64,000 nucleotides of DNA from Eremomyces bilateralis CBS 781.70 (taxonomy: Eukaryota). The translations under genes were made by a program, and so were the position numbers. The first letter of the stretch is position 1. Every line of letters begins with the position of its first letter. A model generated the notes under the pieces. The model was given only the letters and a program-made list of their open reading frames with translations, did no database searches and had not been told where the DNA came from. Positions 48,720-60,457 of the stretch are shown in pieces. The stretch lies in NCBI GenBank assembly GCA_010015585.1, contig ML975155.1; one strand, 5' to 3'.

Positions 48720-48997
48720 CGTTGACCTCACGTGTAGCATAGAAGTGGACGAAAGACTCAACGGTTTGATTCCGGCAACGTGTTGGTGGATAACACTATT
48801 CATGCTAGAGTGCAAGACCTCCACTGGGAACCGCTCTCGCTAACAATGCCATTTCAGTGTGCTCCTTTCGGAGATTCCATACCATTCGCCATCGGCCCTG
48901 CTGCAACATCACTGTCACTCGCTTCCGACTGCCAAGTCCTCCAATTCGAGTCCAAAGACCTTGAACCGAGAGGCGCTTAAATATCGCTAGACACACG

Positions 48998-49654
48998 TTA
49001 GCAATGGGTCCGAAGGAACTGTCGGATAGAGCCATACGAATGGTTTGGTTCCTCGAATGCTTCTGTCTTCATGGATCGCGCAACCTCTTCCTCGTCACTC
49101 ACGTCAATGTCGATGACTTCACTCTTAAAGTGCTTGATCTTCGGTCGTTTGATCGGGGTCTGATCGTTCTCCGAAGAAGAGCTGGCGTGGTCGATCCGCT
49201 CTTCATCATCCTCGAAGTTCGCAGATTTTCCGCTCCCATTGGCGAGTCCGGGACGAGAGCGCTTGTGCGCACTCCCGTTCGCCGACGAGGTCACAGGGGA
49301 GGCCGTTCCCGTAGCCTGGTTCATGAGCTTCGTATTGGCTCGCTTAACTTTCATGAACTTCTGGCTGTTGGCAGTTGGTAGGTATTCAATTTAACTGCTT
49401 GAACAAGGCAGTGATTGCAAAGAGCATAGTTGCATTTGAGGTGGCACGAATGAGTTCACCACATACCTAACAGCACTGGGACTGTAACCGCCCCTGTATA
49501 AGTCAGTTCTGTGATCAGTGAGATAGGGTAGCTGCATGTATTTCACATACATAGCATCCGCAACGGCCTGCCAGTTCGTCGCCGTACTATTTGATTGTGC
49601 GATAATGCACAGAAGAAGCTTGGTGACATGATCGGGGGTCCAAATTTGAGGCAT
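48998..49654 (-). CDS. Small Myb/SANT-like domain protein, 3 exons
   Basis: Spliced MPQIWTPDHVTKLLLCIIAQSNSTATNWQAVADAMGGYSPSAVSQKFMKVKR followed by a disordered basic/acidic tail (PIKRPKIK). Confidence 0.75.
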
Positions 49655-50598
49655 CTTGGTAGGATTGGCTGCAATAGGTTTCACTGAATTGAGTGGACGG
49701 TATAGAGGTTTAAGACGATATGATGAGACTAGAAGAGAGTGTTAAAGTTGGATGATTAGAGTAAGAGAGGAAGTGTAGAGAAAAGTGGAATGCGGAGGAA
49801 AGTTGAGCAAGCAGTGAGGAGAAAAGGCAGCAGCCAGATGACAACGTGCTATAGTGACATCTAGCTATTGCTATAAGTTATAGCTCTGGCCTGACGAAGT
49901 CTGGACATGTGAATTGATTGAGCGAATGCCAACAGCTATTGCGGGACCTCGATTGAAGTCCTGTCGATATAATATATCTCATCTGAGCTCCTGGGCTCCA
50001 GGGTCAAAAACATAGATCTCACCAATTAAACCAGACTGGGAGTGGGAAAGCCGCAGTTTGATTCTTACCCTGCCATGGGTTCAAGCTGTAATTATGCTGA
50101 CTTTGGCCGAAAACGACTGACGGCACTGGTGGAATTCGCATGTGGGGGAGGTGAGAAGTGATACTGATAGAGCTCAGATGGCGGCGTCTCAACAAGGCGA
50201 TTTCACCCCACGGCGGTCACTCTATGCTTTCAGTACCTGTGAAGGCTTGAGTGTGGCCAAACTCGACTTTACCGAAGAAATTCTTTAACTGCTTGGTATG
50301 CTTGAGGACGCATACTTTTCTTCCGTTGACAACCTTGGAGCCTTCCACGCAGTCTGTGACATTCTTCGCAGCATGTGTATCGTTTGACTACAACCATCAG
50401 AACCCAGTCGGACTGTATATAGAATCATACAGTTCATAGTAATTAGATACTTCCAAAACCCTAGGACTTCTCCTGTACTAACACACTAAGGTATACCGGG
50501 GGCGGTTGGAACCAGATCTGTCTAGGATATTGCTCTGGGATTTGTCATTGCAAAGTGGAGCAATAAATTCAGTAGACAATCGTATGGAATTTGAACCG

Positions 50599-52071
50599 CT
50601 ATAGATTATCTGTATCAAATATGAGCAAAGCTAATTTATGCCTCGCGATCAGGCCAACAAAACCACACGCCACTTGCAGCGACACCAGCTCCAAGGCGAG
50701 AGTATCCTCCCGGAGCGGGCCACGCCAAACAAGCCAAAGGTTTAATATGGTCAGGTTACTAAATTCCACCACACGACCTGACTCATCGCACCTGATCCAA
50801 ATGAGCTTGAACTGCGCCAAGAGCTTTAATCCCCATTCCAAAAGACGATGGAGAGGCTTCACCAAGTCTGCCCGACTTGGCTCCAGTAGACCAGTTTGCC
50901 GATTGAAATGAGGCAACCGATGCCGAGGGCATGGCACCAATTTGAAAAGTTGAGGCGAGGAATAGAGAAAATTGAACGCCTGTGGAATAAACAACAGCCA
51001 AAGAGTCTTTGAAAAATGCCCCAGAATGCCCACGACCGCAAACACCATGCCTGCAAAGTAGCAATATGTGTCTCCCACAAAAACACGCGCTGGATACCAG
51101 TTATGCAAAAGGAGCGCAAGACTGACGCCTGTGAAGGGTAGAAGAAGGTACAAACTGAAGAGATGAGTGTCCCTAGCAGGATGATTGTATGATGTAAAGG
51201 GAGGCAGGTACAGCATGTCATTAGCCATTATTAGACATGCAATGACCGCAGACTGCGCGACCTCGATGCCATTAATACCGGCCAATATGTTAATGCTGTT
51301 GGGGCAGAATATCGAAAACAATGCCATGTATACGTAGTATACCGGACCGAGATTGAGAATCTCAGCCCCTCCAAACAATGGCCGGAGAGGTGTTGGCACA
51401 ACGATTGAGGTCACGCCGAAGTCCACAAAATATACAACGAGCAACGGTATGGAGGCAAAAACCGGTATGAAGAGCTTGTGTCGCCAACGAATATCGAACA
51501 GGTCATCGCCAATTCCGAGGATTACAATCGACTGTAGGGACAGAAGCGCGGAGAGGTAGGACGCCAACTTGTTATGAGGGAATTTGTGTAGTAGTCGACC
51601 GGATTCAACGGCGCTTGGTGTATCGATCATGGGTATATCGCGGTTTCCACCACCGGAGGTTGCGGCGACAATGTCCTTGTAGAATGGGAACGGAATGAAC
51701 GTGATGGTCGTGAGAAGGAATACCACCGCTGAGATTGCTCCCATGGTCTCCGGACTAATTGATACGTTAGGTCTCCGGTGTCGTACGCTTGTTAAAGCTG
51801 GAACAAGCGAAATTTGGGAACTTCCTCGTACGCTCACATACATGATGATGGTTTTGGACTTCGACATATCCCGGCCCTTCAGCCCGGCTTTTATGAAGGT
51901 CTCTTCGAGCCATCGTATCAAACAGAAGCTGAGACTGAAAGCAATCCCGCTGAAAGCCAGGGATGCAATAAGAGGCTCTCCATCGCCTTGGAAGGTATTC
52001 GCAAGTATCCCAAAGCAGGATCCGGACAGAACCAGATGGAAGAGAGCTTCGTTACGCGTTAGATGACCCAT
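50599..52071 (-). CDS. ALG7: UDP-GlcNAc:dolichyl-phosphate GlcNAc-1-phosphate transferase, intron 51755-51841
   Basis: GLKGRDMSK, PETMG, GIGDDLFDIRWRHK, NSINILAGINGIE, VFVGDTYCYFAG, PCPRHRLP. Confidence 0.96.
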   Translation of the reverse strand: MGHLTRNEALFHLVLSGSCFGILANTFQGDGEPLIASLAFSGIAFSLSFCLIRWLEETFIKAGLKGRDMSKSKTIIMYVSVRGSSQISLVPALTSVRHRRPNVSISPETMGAISAVVFLLTTITFIPFPFYKDIVAATSGGGNRDIPMIDTPSAVESGRLLHKFPHNKLASYLSALLSLQSIVILGIGDDLFDIRWRHKLFIPVFASIPLLVVYFVDFGVTSIVVPTPLRPLFGGAEILNLGPVYYVYMALFSIFCPNSINILAGINGIEVAQSAVIACLIMANDMLYLPPFTSYNHPARDTHLFSLYLLLPFTGVSLALLLHNWYPARVFVGDTYCYFAGMVFAVVGILGHFSKTLWLLFIPQAFNFLYSSPQLFKLVPCPRHRLPHFNRQTGLLEPSRADLVKPLHRLLEWGLKLLAQFKLIWIRCDESGRVVEFSNLTILNLWLVWRGPLREDTLALELVSLQVACGFVGLIARHKLALLIFDTDNL

Positions 52072-52635
52072 TGTTGCCCGTTCCTTTGGGTGACCTCCAC
52101 AGCTACCGGTCTCGAAGGTAGAGAGAAAAGAGAGAAGGAACCATTTCGTCGGTGGGGCTGCTATTAAAGTGTAGGAAAACTAAGTTAGTTTCTTCATGTG
52201 AATTGTTGACAGTTGTCGTCACTGGGATCGGCCCGAGCCGGTTGGCACTTCCATGTCGTCTTCCGCATCTCTCGGCTTGCCGATCGGAACCCCAGCCACA
52301 ATCGACAGCCCAAACTCCAAACTCCAGAGGCATTGCTCACATTCTTCGTCCTCAAAAACCAAAACCGAACAAGAAACTCGAATATATAAATCGAAATCGA
52401 CCGGTCTAGTTCCAATCAACACTGACGAACCCTATATCGGCAACCTCATGACCTGAAGAGCCTCAAAGTGGCACATTTCTGAGCGGAGGATGCCCGTCAC
52501 TACGAACACCTATACCCAATCCCAGGTCAAGAATGAAAGTAGAAAGCTATAGGAGACCTCTGGAACGATTTATACTTGGTCGGATGAGTTCTGAGCCCAT
52601 CATCAAGGTTCCTCAATCCATTTCACTATATCACG

Positions 52636-53967
52636 ATGCCTCGCAGCAGCGCAGAGTTCAACCCTTTGGAGTTCCAGGACTGGAAGTATGAGCATAAAGA
52701 TTTGGTCCTGTCGATAGATTGGAACTATTATGGCACACGTGTCGCCACTGCAAGTTCTGACCACACGGTCAAAGTATGGGAAAAGAAGGATGATGGCAAC
52801 ATGGGCTTGCTTGATAGCTGGAGAGCACATGATGGCGAAGTTCTCAAGGTACGGATGGTAGATCAATTGCAATCTCTGCAACGCTTTCAAATTCCCCTTG
52901 TGAATTAAAACCAGTATTGATACTGCACATATGCTAATTGTGTGAAGGTTCGTTGGTCAAACCCTCATCTGACTGCTATACTGGGGACCATCTCAACCGA
53001 CGGAACGTTTCACCTGTTCTGTGAAGATGTACTTGCATTACCTCAATCGGGTCATCGATTCCCTCGTATCTATTCTCTACGATCCCCGGCGGCGTCGCCT
53101 TTAGTCGGATTAGATTTTCGATGGGATCTTTCCGAGACATGCGTTGCTCTCATCACTCGAGATGGATACCTCCAGGTCCTGGAAGCCACCACGGAGGATT
53201 GCAATGAATGGCGAGAGATATACGCCGCGTGGCAACCCAATTCCGGCGGATCTACCGACTCGGGATTTGATGTCAGCTTCCACAAGGAGGGGTCGCCTTG
53301 CTGGGCGGCGGTTCAAGTCGGGCTGGATAGAAAAAGTATCGGCATGGCCGTAGCAGCCATGGATAAGATCTTGGTCTACAGAACAGACCGAGAGAGAAAA
53401 TTCTATATTTCCGCTGAGTTGTCCGGTGCGAGGGATATCATCAGAGAAGTGGCATGGGCGGGCATGGCATGTAGAGGTCATGATCTTATTGCTGGCGCAA
53501 GCAAAGACGGCTTCGTACGCATCTGGGAGGTACATTCGGATATGGATCGGAATGGCGAGCGCATGGGTGCAAGAGAAATGGGTGGTGAATTCCACCAACC
53601 GGGCGAAAAGATGGGACTGGGCATGCCGCGCACAGAGAATGACTCTGGGGTATCACCTCGAACTCGAAGATCAGGAATAACATCTGGATTGAAGGAACCG
53701 CACATGGTCACGCGAGCACCTATTGATAGGCGGATCGGAGATAGCCCGCGAGACATAAGTCTGGAAGAAGATCGGGCCATCGGCCGCATCAAGCAACGGG
53801 CAATTTTAGCAGGCGAGCTAGCACACAAGGGAGCAGCATGGAGATGCCTATGGAGCTTTTTCGGAGATGCGCTCATCACTGCTGGCGATGATGGAGTTAT
53901 CAGAGTGTGGAAGAAAGGCCTGGCCGGACAGTGGTTAGAAGCGGCGGAGGTCGAGGCTGAATTCTAG
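52636..53967 (+). CDS. SEH1: Nucleoporin/SEA complex WD40 protein Seh1-like, intron 52849-52948
   Basis: HKDLVLSIDWNYYGTRVATASSDHTVKVW, WRAHDGEVLKVRW, ASKDGFVRIW, GDDGVIRVWKK. Confidence 0.8.
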
Positions 53968-54270
53968 GAATTGATCATTACCCGCCACCAATATATCCGC
54001 GGATTATTTCGCGATATTGAGCGATGCCAATTATTCGAATTTGTCGAAGCGAGCAGGATCTGGGCACATTGCCAGTGGGAGTGGTTGTCCGGAGGACACA
54101 TTCCAGACGCATACCAACCACTCCGCAACTCGATTCCATAGCACTATTAGAGAGGGTGATGTCTCCATGCATTTGTGTTTTTGAATTTGCTTATCATTTA
54201 TTTCAAACTGTCAAGATATCCTGGAAGTCGGCTTGAATCAGCCATAGACACAATTCTTTCGAATTTGGCA

Positions 54271-56187
54271 ATGCTGTCCATCGGACGAACACCTGTTCAG
54301 CCAAACAAATCTTCCGGTAGTCGACTACCGTCCCCTCGCAACACTGGAGAAGCACTTTCCATCTACTCAAATCTTCACTTGACTTCCAACAGCACTCAAC
54401 CCCTCGGAAGTTTGTTTTCTCCGTCTCCACCATCGCCTAGCTCCCGTCTTGCGAAGCTTGGGATATCCCGACCTAAGGGTCTCTTGAACTGCAAGCCCAC
54501 AGCGCCACATAAATGGAAATGGGACGGCAAAGGATGGTTCATCGAAGCGCCGGCAAGTGCAGGGGCCACGACAAAGCTTGAGAGCAGAAGTGTGAGCCAT
54601 GGCACCTTGCCGGCACCAAGAGGAACAAATACCTCCAGTCTAGTCATTGGCCATCCCGAAACACTCGTAGGATTTGTGTCAAAGCTGGAAAGATCGGGGC
54701 GAACCCAGCCAATCGATGTCCGTGGATTTGTGGGGGACGATCTTCCTCAGGCATGGTCGGGAGGAGAAGAGGAGCATGAAGAGAGACCTGGAGATCGATT
54801 CCTCGTGAAAATGCCAACAGCCAAAGAACCCCAACCCTACGACTTCCCGGGAATGGAGCAAGACCAGATCGACGCATTTCGATACTATGAAACGAAGTCC
54901 AAAAGAGTGCCCGAAACGGAGTATAGGCCAGGACTATCCCCTGTACAACTTCAGCAGTTCTTCCGCGTCAGTAGCGAAAGGCACACGCCGACCGAGGGAA
55001 ATCCAAGAGTCGTGGAACCAAGCTCCAGCCCAAAAAGACCTCCGCGCATGGATTGTCCTGGTTCATTTCCAAGACGCCATCTGACTGAAGGTGGGCGTGG
55101 CCGAGACATGCGCAGAAAGCCACTCTCTGTTGTGCCTACTCCAGTTCGAGGTCATCGCCCAGAGATACAAGGAGTATCGAACGCAAACAATCGCGCTCAA
55201 GCTCACAACGGAAGAGTTAGACCCCTCGCGCATTTTCGAGCGATATCTCATCCTGAATTATCCTGGAAGGGAGGCATACATCAGGCGTACAAACGACCCG
55301 CTTCGCCCTTTCTACAAGAACATTCGCGAGGACGAGATACTTTCAGCGATCAGAATAAGCCTGACTCTCCTTGCGCAGAGCATATTCCTTATGCGGAAGA
55401 CACCACCAGCCGTGGTTTGAAGTCCAAGGTACATTTCCGAGGCCATCATGTCGACCACCAGGAGAGCTCGAGCAGTGAACAGCGCAATGAATTGAGCCAC
55501 GACTCGACCAAAAGCGACATGACAAAAGGCACAACCCCGCTACGCACCCCATCGAGTGCCCGAAAAGCTATGCGGGTCGGATGCGAAGGAAGTGGAGCGG
55601 ATTTGGAGTCAGTAGGGATGTGTGCTACAAGCCCAGAGCTCCCCTCTACCAGATCAAAGACCATTCGAGCAAGATATCGTGAGCATATCGGCAATGCCAA
55701 CGCTTGGTCACCAAAACCGTCGCCAAAGCACTTCACGATCAAACCGGCTCTTCGTTCGTTGCGAACAGCTTCCACTTCTTCTGTGGAATCGAGCGCGTCC
55801 TTCAGGGTCCACCGTCGGAGTCGAGAGAGTCTCACGACCAATATCCTCAGGCTGAATGGCCGAAGTACTGTCGAGTCACAGGCAGCTGTGGTGTCAAATG
55901 TGGAGTATGGCTCTACATTTCACCTCAGGATATCGCTACCAGCCCTGGTATATGCCGGATTTAGCCATATATCCTCCTTATTTTTGTGTCTTTTGAGATC
56001 CCGTTTCCGTCCCTCCAACTTCTCTGAGAGGTTGATCATGTTTATTCAGGAGCACAAGATGCTACTTCTTGAGCTTGGCATCGTGTTTTGGGCCATGGTC
56101 GCCGTCTGGAAAGTACTCGAGGCGGTTAAGGAAGCATTGGAGGCCATGCTCTGGCCGGTGTGGTGGTCGATGAAGTGGCTGGAATAG
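54271..56187 (+). CDS. Hypothetical S/P/R-rich protein with C-terminal transmembrane segment(s)
   Basis: Long ORF (first ATG 54271); hydrophobic LLLELGIVFWAMVAVW near C-terminus; no family recognised. Confidence 0.6.
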   Translation: MLSIGRTPVQPNKSSGSRLPSPRNTGEALSIYSNLHLTSNSTQPLGSLFSPSPPSPSSRLAKLGISRPKGLLNCKPTAPHKWKWDGKGWFIEAPASAGATTKLESRSVSHGTLPAPRGTNTSSLVIGHPETLVGFVSKLERSGRTQPIDVRGFVGDDLPQAWSGGEEEHEERPGDRFLVKMPTAKEPQPYDFPGMEQDQIDAFRYYETKSKRVPETEYRPGLSPVQLQQFFRVSSERHTPTEGNPRVVEPSSSPKRPPRMDCPGSFPRRHLTEGGRGRDMRRKPLSVVPTPVRGHRPEIQGVSNANNRAQAHNGRVRPLAHFRAISHPELSWKGGIHQAYKRPASPFLQEHSRGRDTFSDQNKPDSPCAEHIPYAEDTTSRGLKSKVHFRGHHVDHQESSSSEQRNELSHDSTKSDMTKGTTPLRTPSSARKAMRVGCEGSGADLESVGMCATSPELPSTRSKTIRARYREHIGNANAWSPKPSPKHFTIKPALRSLRTASTSSVESSASFRVHRRSRESLTTNILRLNGRSTVESQAAVVSNVEYGSTFHLRISLPALVYAGFSHISSLFLCLLRSRFRPSNFSERLIMFIQEHKMLLLELGIVFWAMVAVWKVLEAVKEALEAMLWPVWWSMKWLE

Positions 56188-56238
56188 ATCCTTCCGCACC
56201 ACGAATGAGTTTCGGTTAATAGGATCCCCGTATCTTAG

Positions 56239-57497
56239 TCAAATGTTCTCATCTCCTGCTTGACATGCCCACGGTGCCAAAACCCCTCGTTCTAGTAATC
56301 TCTGGTATTTTGCCACCAAGAAAGACAACCGGCGACGCACTGGGTCTGCCAGCCGTAGATGTTGTGGCAAAGTCAATTTCAATAAGCTCTTCAAGAGGAT
56401 TTCGGATGCTTCCTGTTCTCGGGCGACAGCTGTTGCCACCTGCTGTGGAAGGGGCTTGAAGGCTCGATTATCCTCTATTCCGTCTTTGAACCGAATCCAT
56501 TCGGCACATACACCGCGCTCAATGAGGAACAGGGCGACTAGGGTCCGGAAGCACGGCTCAGGTTGTTCCGTGGCAGGAGTCCCGAGGAATAAAGTATAGT
56601 CTCCTAGAAACCCATATCTTGCCAAGGTGTCGTTTTGCCCGGTGCTTAAGGCGGGAATGATAAAGTGATCAATGCTGAGGGAGTCCCACACGTTTGTTCC
56701 CGGTTCCGGCAGAAATCCATATTCCACGAGCAAGAAATCGTTTCCATGCGCTCCGTAGGACACGAATATCTCTTCGCCAGCTACATAAGGTCGCTCGGTT
56801 CGAATTTCATACCCCTGGTCGGTGCGTGTTGCCGGCTGGCACGACGGCGAATGATTCAAAAAGTCAAGGAAAGGACACAGTGCGAGATTGTTAGCCGCAG
56901 AAGTCGAGCGGTGGTTTCCACTATCGGTATCGCGCCAATACATGGTACGCGAGTTGATGATGAAATAGTAATAGAGGAAACGGCTCTTCGATGCTTTCGG
57001 TACAAGGTGTTTGACCTGACGCCATGACTCTGAGATTAAAAGACTTTGATGTTTGAGCAGTGCGACTGCACTTGGTGGAAGCAACGATTGGAGCTCAACG
57101 GGCCAAAAAAAAGGAATGGAAGCTTGGAGCGCTTCGATAGATGGCCATGTCCTTTGCCAATCGCGGAATCCAAATTCCTCACATTGAGAGGATAAAGTGA
57201 GATACGCCGCGATTCGAGTCTGGCCACTGGATGCTTCTGGGAGCCGTAATTGTTTCGCTCCTTTTGAAGCCGGTGTGACCATCGCAGAGCGAGGAATGAA
57301 CAAGACACGTTCGCCCTCCTATGCCAGAACGTATCAGTTTAGAATCCTAAAAGATAAAATATCTGACGCACCCGCAAATCTCGAGTTGCAACTATTCCAA
57401 TGCCATGGGACGGAATCTCATGGGCCTTGACACCGCAAATCTTAATTCCATGTTCTTTTGCCCATTGGGTGAAGTCTTCCAAAGCATTATCGGACAT
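56239..57497 (-). CDS. SET-domain protein lysine methyltransferase (Rkm2/SETD4-like), 1 intron
   Basis: HGIGIVATRDL, INSRTMY, LCPFLDFLNHS, GEEIFVSYGAHGNDFLLVEYGF. Confidence 0.88.
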
Positions 57498-57995
57498 TGG
57501 GACTCCAGTACGGAGTACACTTGCAACTCTCCACTTCAAGCCAAGGAAATTTACATATATCGTGTCTCTGCAGCAGGCTCATGGCTTCCTGAATAATGGA
57601 GCATGCTAATAAGTGGAAAGCGAACTGGGTCAAGGTCATGGATTGATAGACGCTTTCTCCTTGATCGGATCAGTAGTCACCGTCCAGGAATATCCAAATA
57701 AGTAGCTATTTTTCCTCCACAGACCGGCGAAGAAAGGTGGAAAAAATTATCGATGAAGAAATGAAATATTTTATTACATGTAGTTAAGCGTTCTCGTTGT
57801 TAACGGTTATGGATAACCCCTGCTCCACTATACTGTGCCTTAAGGTGGACCAAACCACTTGCTGCAACCTGGAACTCTGGAAGTTGATCATGACGATACC
57901 CTCTACTTGAAGCTCAAGAAACCCAACTTACATTTGGTCCGCTTGTAGAAAGACATCTCCTTCATAATCTCTATATCCTTCATCCTAAAGCCATC

Positions 57996-58718
57996 ATGGC
58001 GGAATTAAGCTTCTGCAAACAATTCCTCACCACCCTCGACTCCCGCCCAGCCAAACTGTCCAGCGACTACATCGCCGATCCAAAGAAGCACCCGGCACAA
58101 CCAGCCGTACGTGCGCTCCACACCCACATATATACGACTTAAGCTGACATTCCCCAGTATATCCTCCCGAAACTCCCCAACCCAAAACGAAAACGAGGAG
58201 CGGCCGCCCCAGCCGGCGATGGTGCCTCGTCAGCGCCAACCTCCAACACCATCTCCGTGACATTGACACCGCACCGCACGCCTCCCGCCCCGTTAACGAT
58301 CTCCGTCGAGCCGACGGCAAGCGTCCATGATCTCAAGGTCGCGTTCGCCAAGCATGTCGGGCTCGGTGAAGCGGGCGTGTCGAAGGTCAAAGTGCTGAAG
58401 GACAAGCGGCCGGTGGGCGACGTGAAGAGCGTAGGGGAGTTGTCGAAAGATGCAAAGACGCTTGCGCTGGGGATTATGGTGTTGGGTGGGATTCCGGCGC
58501 AACCGGTGGCGGAGAAGACGGTCGCGGAGGGTGGAAGTAAGATGGACGTGGACGAGAAGCCGGCTGTGGCTGGAGGGAAGTTCGGCGCCGACGTGATGAA
58601 GGACGAGGCGTTCTGGGAAGATTTGAAGGGGTTCTTGTCCCAGAGAGTGAAGGATCAGGCAACGTCAGAGAAAGCCGTCAAGATATGGAAGAAGGCATGG
58701 GAGCAAGGGGCTAGGTAG
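57996..58718 (+). CDS. MDY2: Ubiquitin-like GET-pathway protein Get5/Mdy2, 1 intron
   Basis: MAELSFCKQFLTTLDSRPAKLSSDYIADP N-terminus, UBL core, FWEDLKGFLSQRVKD C-terminal dimerisation motif. Confidence 0.85.
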
Positions 58719-59074
58719 TCCGCTTCCTGAGCGGGACTTGTTTATATCCGCGTAGGGGATTGCACAGTACATTAACGACTCATATGGGCCTTGATGAATC
58801 GCGACTCGCGACTCTACCTCAGAATCGAGTATTTATGTCTATGGCTACACGCAAAATTGAATTTTGGAAGCGGCCAGCTGGTGGGTATGCACTATAGGAA
58901 ATTTGATCAACATCTTCCTTGCTGTCATAATCAATTCCGCCATCAAAATATCTGTCCATCATGCCACAAGTTTTCGGTCATAACCCCAGCTCATAAGTTT
59001 CCGCGGAGGAAACACGTACAATACAACGTGGTTGGGAGCGTAATGCACAACAGGATCGAGCATCAGGGACAGGC

Positions 59075-59747
59075 TTAGCGTCCCTTGGCCACCCGTGAAA
59101 TGATGTTGTCGAACTCGATGTCGTCGGCATCGTTGGCCTGGATGTCAGCGGCAATACCATTCAGGGAGCGTTTGATAGCTTCCTTAGATGAAGAGTACAT
59201 CATGCGGGGCTGTTGAATCAGTCAATCATCCATTATGGCAACGTCATTAAGAAGTGGCTCACATATTGCGATGCGTCATCCGGGCACCAGCTGATAAAGG
59301 TGATCTTATTCCGGATGCCTTCACCTTCCGTCTGATACTCGACATCGTAGACGGCATACCGGCCACCGATGCCTTCTTTGCCCTTCTTATCTTTGCTTTT
59401 GGCGTTGAGCAGCTTCTCACGGAACACGCTGAAGTCCTTGTCCTTGGACGTCTCCTCGACCACGATCTCTTTCCAGTCGTCTGAGATCTTGTAGATGATG
59501 TATTTCGTCTCCTTGCCGAGCTTCAGCTCGTTGAAGGCGGAAATGCACTCGGGTGCAACGGAGACTCTGAGGAAATGTTAGTAGGCGTCACCCACTATCT
59601 CGCATGGTGGGGGCGGGGTTCTCCAAGAGAACATCGCGGGTGTGAGACGAAGAGGAGCGATAACGGATACTACTGACCCTGATTGTGCCTGGATAGGTTC
59701 ACTTGTCAGCGGGAATATTGCGAGAGCTTGGTTGGATCAAATACCAT
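59075..59747 (-). CDS. COF1: Cofilin, 4 exons (exon 1 = ATG only)
   Basis: M|AQSG|VSVAPECISAFNELKLGK...RYAVYDVEY...RNKITFISWCPDDA...MMYSSSKEAIKRSL. Confidence 0.95.
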
Positions 59748-60457
59748 ATTGAAGGATGCCTATGGGTTGTGGAAGATGGTTCTCGCTTGGATATTAGGCG
59801 TGTTGTGATGAAAGGGCGACTGGGGTGTAACAGTACCACTATTCGTCTTGGAGGTTTCACGGCGGGTTTGAGATATGGATTTTAAAGGGATGATTGAGTT
59901 TGCAGTCGAGAAACCCAAAGGATCGAGTGAGAGGGAGAGATGGTTCTTGGAGGTGTTGTCGAGGCAACAATGATCGCTACTGAGGACGGAGCGGGATGAC
60001 GATTGACAAAGAGCCCCAAGGCGCAGCAAATGGCACCTTACTAAGCAGGTCAGCAAGGTTGCGCGGCCAAAACAGGGTTCGGGCCGACAATTCTCCGAGG
60101 TTCGAAAGCTTCCATCTCATTCGTCATCATCGGGGACAGATAGAAGCTCACCCTGTTATCTGTTGCTATCCAGATTGGAGAGTCTTTTGTTATGTACATT
60201 ATGAGAAGCATCAATTCATGGTGACGCCAATCGTTAAACGAGGGGTAGAATAGCTATCTAACACGCTGTACACGGATGGAATCTCCGATTATGGAAGTAG
60301 ATGTTTTTACAAAGGCCGACAAACCAGCATCCAACTCCGAACATGCTTCAGAATCCAGGAGATGCAAAGGCCCGATCGGGAGCGGAGAGAGAGAGGAATA
60401 TTTATACAGGCCGAAGATAGTACAGACGGGTTCAAAGTAGCCGGGGAATCAATGCGT

